DNA from: Ramazzottius varieornatus
Lineage: Eukaryota; Animalia; Tardigrada
Assembly (NCBI GenBank): GCA_001949185.1
Contig: BDGG01000011.1
Coordinates: forward strand, 703,552 to 767,551
Direction of reading: 5' to 3'
Length of the DNA stretch: 64,000 bases
Position 1 is the stretch's first letter. Each line of letters starts with the position of its first letter. The notes beneath the pieces were generated by a model, which had not been told where the DNA came from, did not search any database, and saw only the letters and a list, made by a program, of their open reading frames with translations. A program made the translations under genes and the position numbers. Positions 60,201 to 64,000 of this stretch are shown here, piece by piece.

Positions 60201-62710
60201 GAGTACCTCCAAGGTTGGCTTTGAGTTTGTCTCTTAGCTCCTTTAGACGTAACTGAGCAGCGTCCAGTGCAAATGCACGAACTTTGGTAAAGACGTCGCG
60301 TAGAGCTTCTTCTCGTTCAGGTTTGGCCAAGACGACGTCGATAGCATGAATCAAGCTGTTACTGCTGCCGCACTGAACACTGCTACCGAAAATATCCAGT
60401 GGTGAGTCCGGAACGAGAAAGGTCGAATGCAGCTCCACAGCCCATCGCTGCATTTCCTTAAAGTTTCCTGCGTGAAGAAGAAGTTTCTCATCTCGAGTAC
60501 TGACATACAGCAAGTATCGGCAGTTGTGTACAGTACCTTTAGTGTAATGGTCTGTCAAGACATGGAAGAGTACGGGTGCAATATCCAGGCTCTTTTCTTG
60601 AAGCAGGAAGTTGATAAAGACGGCCAAGTGCGGCAAGTGTTTGTTGATTAAGAAATAAAAGTTGGAGAAGGGACCGTAAGAGTCAAGTTGTTGCAAGACC
60701 GACGATCCCGGTTGTAGAACGTCGCCGGAAAGATTTTGCAACCTCACAGATCCAACGGTCGCTCCTACAACAGACGAATTATAATTTTTGCAGTGGGAAT
60801 GTCAGGCAGGTATAAATGAAGCCCAAGCAAGCGACTCCACGAGAAGCTTTTGCCAAGCGACGCACGCCACCGGCTAGTAACTGCGAAAACGTCGCCACCT
60901 GGGAAAACGATCTTATCGAATTTTGCAAGTGGCGCACGCTTCGACCAGTCACACAGAAAGCATGCGCCACGTGATGAAACAACTTATCCACTTTGTTTAC
61001 CGAACTCAGATGTAAGAAAGGGTCGCAGAAAAAAGCCCGTACCTGCTAAGGCACTGAGAGAACCGGACTTTGTGACAGCATTGTGGTTGATAGGACGGAA
61101 GGTGGCAGGTTCGGGATAAGGCGGCGGCGGCGTACCGGAAGAAGGAGCTCCGACTTCCGTCACGTCGTGCAACGAGGCATTCCGGTACCTGGCAGACTGG
61201 TCTGACCGCTTCTTGACGGGCAGCGCCGGCGGCTGACTGTCAGGAATACTATTTTTGCGATGAACGCTAACAGCACTACTGGAACGGTTTAGGGAGGACG
61301 ACGAAGTGGGAGGCTGCTCCAACAGTGGCGCTAAAAATCAAAAACAGACTTCTGAGTGTTAACAGGAGGAAGCATTCAGGCGCTGTAAATACCTTGGTTA
61401 TTGGACGTGAGCGTCATGCGAGCCACACCGAGGTGCATGGCTTCGGGGTTGGAGCGACGACGATTGAGGCCGGCGGAAGCGGCAGCGCGCATTGACCGAG
61501 TGGCCATGTCCGAAGCCTCGTGAAAGCGAGGAATACGCTCGATGGGAGGCGGCGTGGGAGGCATTTCACGTAGCGTCGTACTATCACCTAAAATTCAAAC
61601 ACACAAAAAGTTACCAGACTGGTAAAAAATCATTGCAAGCTCCACGCTGTCCAGAGCCTCATTAATTCCTCACAAGTCTCTTTCCAAAAGTGTAACAATT
61701 ACCATAATATTCACATTATCCAGCAGCTGTCACTTGCTTGACAAGCTATTGCTGTCAACTACACGGAAAACCCACAAATAAGAAAGGTGAGGGCTCCTCT
61801 CACCACCAACACCACCGATCGGAAACACCGACCGGAAGCAAAAAACATGGACGCACGGCAAACACACTAGGCAAGATCATTTCAAGTCGCGCACGTCTTC
61901 AGCCAACCATACTGAAAACGTGCGCCACTTAGGAAAAACGATCCAGACGCGTTTGTTCAAGTGGCGCACGCTTTCAGTTTTATTGGCTGGAAGCGTGCGG
62001 CACTAGCGAAAAAACGGTCCTGCCATGTCTCTTTGCCAAGGTCCCATTCATCACGTACCTCGATTACCGTCGCCTCTTTGATACAAGACATTCTCCAGGG
62101 CTTCGGGATAGCTTCTTGAAGAAGGTAGGGAGTCGGATCTGCTTTTGCTTTCGGTTAGTTCAGCTATCCTCTCGTCTTCGGCACTGAACCTGTCCGATAA
62201 ATTCACAGCGGGAAGACTGACTTTTCGTCGAACCGGGTTTTCCATCCCATTGTTCTCATACATGCGTTCACCATTGCCGGAAGGACGAGCGTTTTCAGGG
62301 ACCAAGCTGTGGGCAGTTCGGACCACCGTCATGGCTACACAGGGTTGTGACTTGATCAGCTCCACAACTTCAAAGTGATTCTTGTCCGTCACCAGCTGAT
62401 TGTTGACTTTGATGATGCGATCACCTGGCCGCAGCCCCACCGAGTCGGCTGGACCATTCTCCTTGACAGTGTCCACAAAGACGGGGTTGTCACCGTAGAC
62501 TTTCAAGCCGTAGCCTTGCTCATCCCGACGGAAGACGACGTAACGCTTTTCCGCTGACGAAGAAGTCAGATGGTCCACTCGTGATGCAGTGGCCGCTCCT
62601 GTCACCGTCACCGTGGGCGAAGGGAACTTGTGATGGTTACTGCTGCCTTTCTTCTTTTCTCGTTCACCAGAGGGACGCTTTGGCACATCCATGCTTGATA
62701 CCGTCGCCAT
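54281..62710 (-). CDS. RhoGEF2: RhoGEF2 / ARHGEF11-12 family RGS-RhoGEF (PDZ, RGS-like, C1, DH, PH)
   Basis: PDZ RRDEQGYGLKVYGDNPVFVDTVKENGPADSVGLRPGDRIIKVN; RGSL HLAVFINFLL...ELHSTFL; C1 GHQF...HCTQCGDVMWGVAPQGYQCIAC...HRAC; DH KKRQEVLAELFHTEQTHVRNLK...CRRLQLKDIIPTGMQRLTKYPLL; PH LLHDGDLTWR...YELVANS. Confidence 0.93.
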
Positions 62711-64000
62711 GAATCACCTGCCATCCATTGATCTATCTTCCCGCATTCAAATTCCACAAGAACTCAGTCTCGTACATTATCCATACACTCCTAGGGCTCC
62801 CGTGATTATACTGCAATCGACCAGGCTGACGAGATCTTTTCAAGTGAAGTTTGGGCTGTAAGTAAGTCAGAAAGGCGACATGAGATTTTCGTTCCAGACA
62901 TATTTTCTAAACGATAGGGTGAAATTCGGTTGGCCGGAAAAGTCACGTGACGCGCCGCCCGCATGGCGCCGCCACATCGAAACAACATGCACTACTGGCA
63001 TGCACCACAATACCACGCCCACTCCTATTGCGTCAATCTAAAGGAATTCAAAGGCGCAGCACGCACGGTGACTTACCTTACTGTCAGGAAGTGTCTTTCC
63101 CTCCGGGCAGCAGTCTCCGTCTATCGCGCGATAAAACTCGTCAACGTTGACTTACCTGGATTTATGATTATGGTTATGAATTACAGTATCACACTTTGAG
63201 CATACAGACACGAGGAGGGCGATTATGCACCGTCAAAACTGTTGGGTAATAAACATTGAGCACTGAGCAGGTTGATCATCCACGCAACACAAAGCTTGTC
63301 TTTTGCACCTTCCCTTGCTTTCCACTTGACTCACCCACCGTCGTGTTGACTTTAAGGATTTGCGGAACGGAAGGCGATCTGGCTCTGTGCAGCGCAAAAC
63401 TCGCTTCTTGAACCGTACAAATTCGCTCCGCTAGAAATTCCACCGCTACGCAATTTGTCAACGGTGAGAGTGCCTAGCAAGTCCGTGCCAGGAGCCCTCC
63501 GATTTGCAGGATGGGCCCTTCACAATGTGACCTCATCGGCTCTGCCCGGTAAAAGCATTCCCGTACTCTTTTGCGACTCGACATTCTCTCGATCTACGCT
63601 CATCTTGGTTCACTTTCTCCGTGGATACTCTTCGAGTCTTGCTGGCCATTATGGATATACCTTCCGTATATTGACAAGCCACCATTCGATATCTGTGAGA
63701 GTACACACAATCTGGACACGATGCAGAACAACGATCAGTAAGTACTTGTTGAACCCAACACTACTTGGACCATCGTTTACTTTGAACTGGAGCTTCGGTG
63801 AGATACAGCCTATTTTCAGGGACTTGGTCTGGGCTGATGAGCTTGAGGAACGATTAGGTAGGTTGCAGACGGAGGGATTTGGGACCTCGGTGAACAAACT
63901 CGACAGACTGTTTTCCCAAGTGGCGCACGTTGCCAGCATTATTAGCTGAATGCGTACGCCACTTGGAAGACAGACTTTGTCGAGTTTGTTAGTCGAGATT

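Larger units (their letters stand above)
790..64000. repeat. Dispersed palindromic repeat family: CAAGTGGCGCAC-N25-GTGCGCCACTTG-N25 (74-bp unit), about 50 clusters across the window
   Basis: Approximate cluster centres (kb): 0.9, 2.7, 4.1, 5.8, 6.95, 8.3, 9.45, 10.9, 11.8, 13.2, 14.2, 15.3, 16.3, 17.7, 18.5, 20.2, 21.1, 22.5, 23.3, 23.8, 24.8, 25.7, 26.5, 28.1, 29.0, 29.8, 30.05, 30.7, 33.7, 34.7, 36.7, 41.5, 42.4, 43.0, 43.6, 44.4, 45.35, 46.3, 47.3, 48.8, 50.3, 51.5, 52.6, 53.8, 56.4, 57.15, 58.1, 58.75, 60.1, 60.9, 61.95, 63.95. By-eye consensus: loop GTTTCCAGCCAATAACACTGGAAAC, linker GGAAAACGATCTTGTCGAGTTTTCC, ends ...GAGTTTGTTTGCCGAGCTCCC. Confidence 0.95.

Noticed and set aside
63276-63949. 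ORFs at the window end
   Set aside because: No domain similarity, partly repeat-derived; more likely 5' UTR/intron of RhoGEF2.
1-64000. tRNA, rRNA or autonomous transposase/reverse transcriptase genes
   Set aside because: None recognisable by eye; tRNAscan-SE, Infernal and RepeatMasker would be needed to exclude them formally.

Overview
Compact, intron-rich eukaryotic (animal, probably arthropod/ecdysozoan) genomic DNA, not a prokaryote. Most ORFs in the supplied track are exon fragments or spurious. Manual splicing supports 11 genes: a secreted EGF/LDLa protein (+), an SLC35F3/4-like transporter (-), an arylsulfatase B-like gene with possible lesions (+), clockwork orange bHLH-Orange (-), TRAPPC8 (+), a Gly/Tyr-rich secreted protein (-), a Rap1/TERF2IP-like Myb protein (-), an orphan His-rich secreted propeptide (-), ornithine decarboxylase antizyme (-; +1 frameshift at AUU-UGA with a 3' pseudoknot, not represented in the ORF track), p190 RhoGAP (+) and RhoGEF2/ARHGEF11-12 (-). 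The dominant unexplained structure is a dispersed palindromic repeat. A 12-bp motif, CAAGTGGCGCAC, recurs every ~37 bp in alternating orientation (74-bp unit). It forms arrays of 1-3 units, about 50 clusters at roughly 1.2-kb intervals, in introns and intergenic DNA. Motif and spacing are conserved while the intervening sequence has diverged. Coordinates were read by eye; gene ends and cluster limits are approximate.
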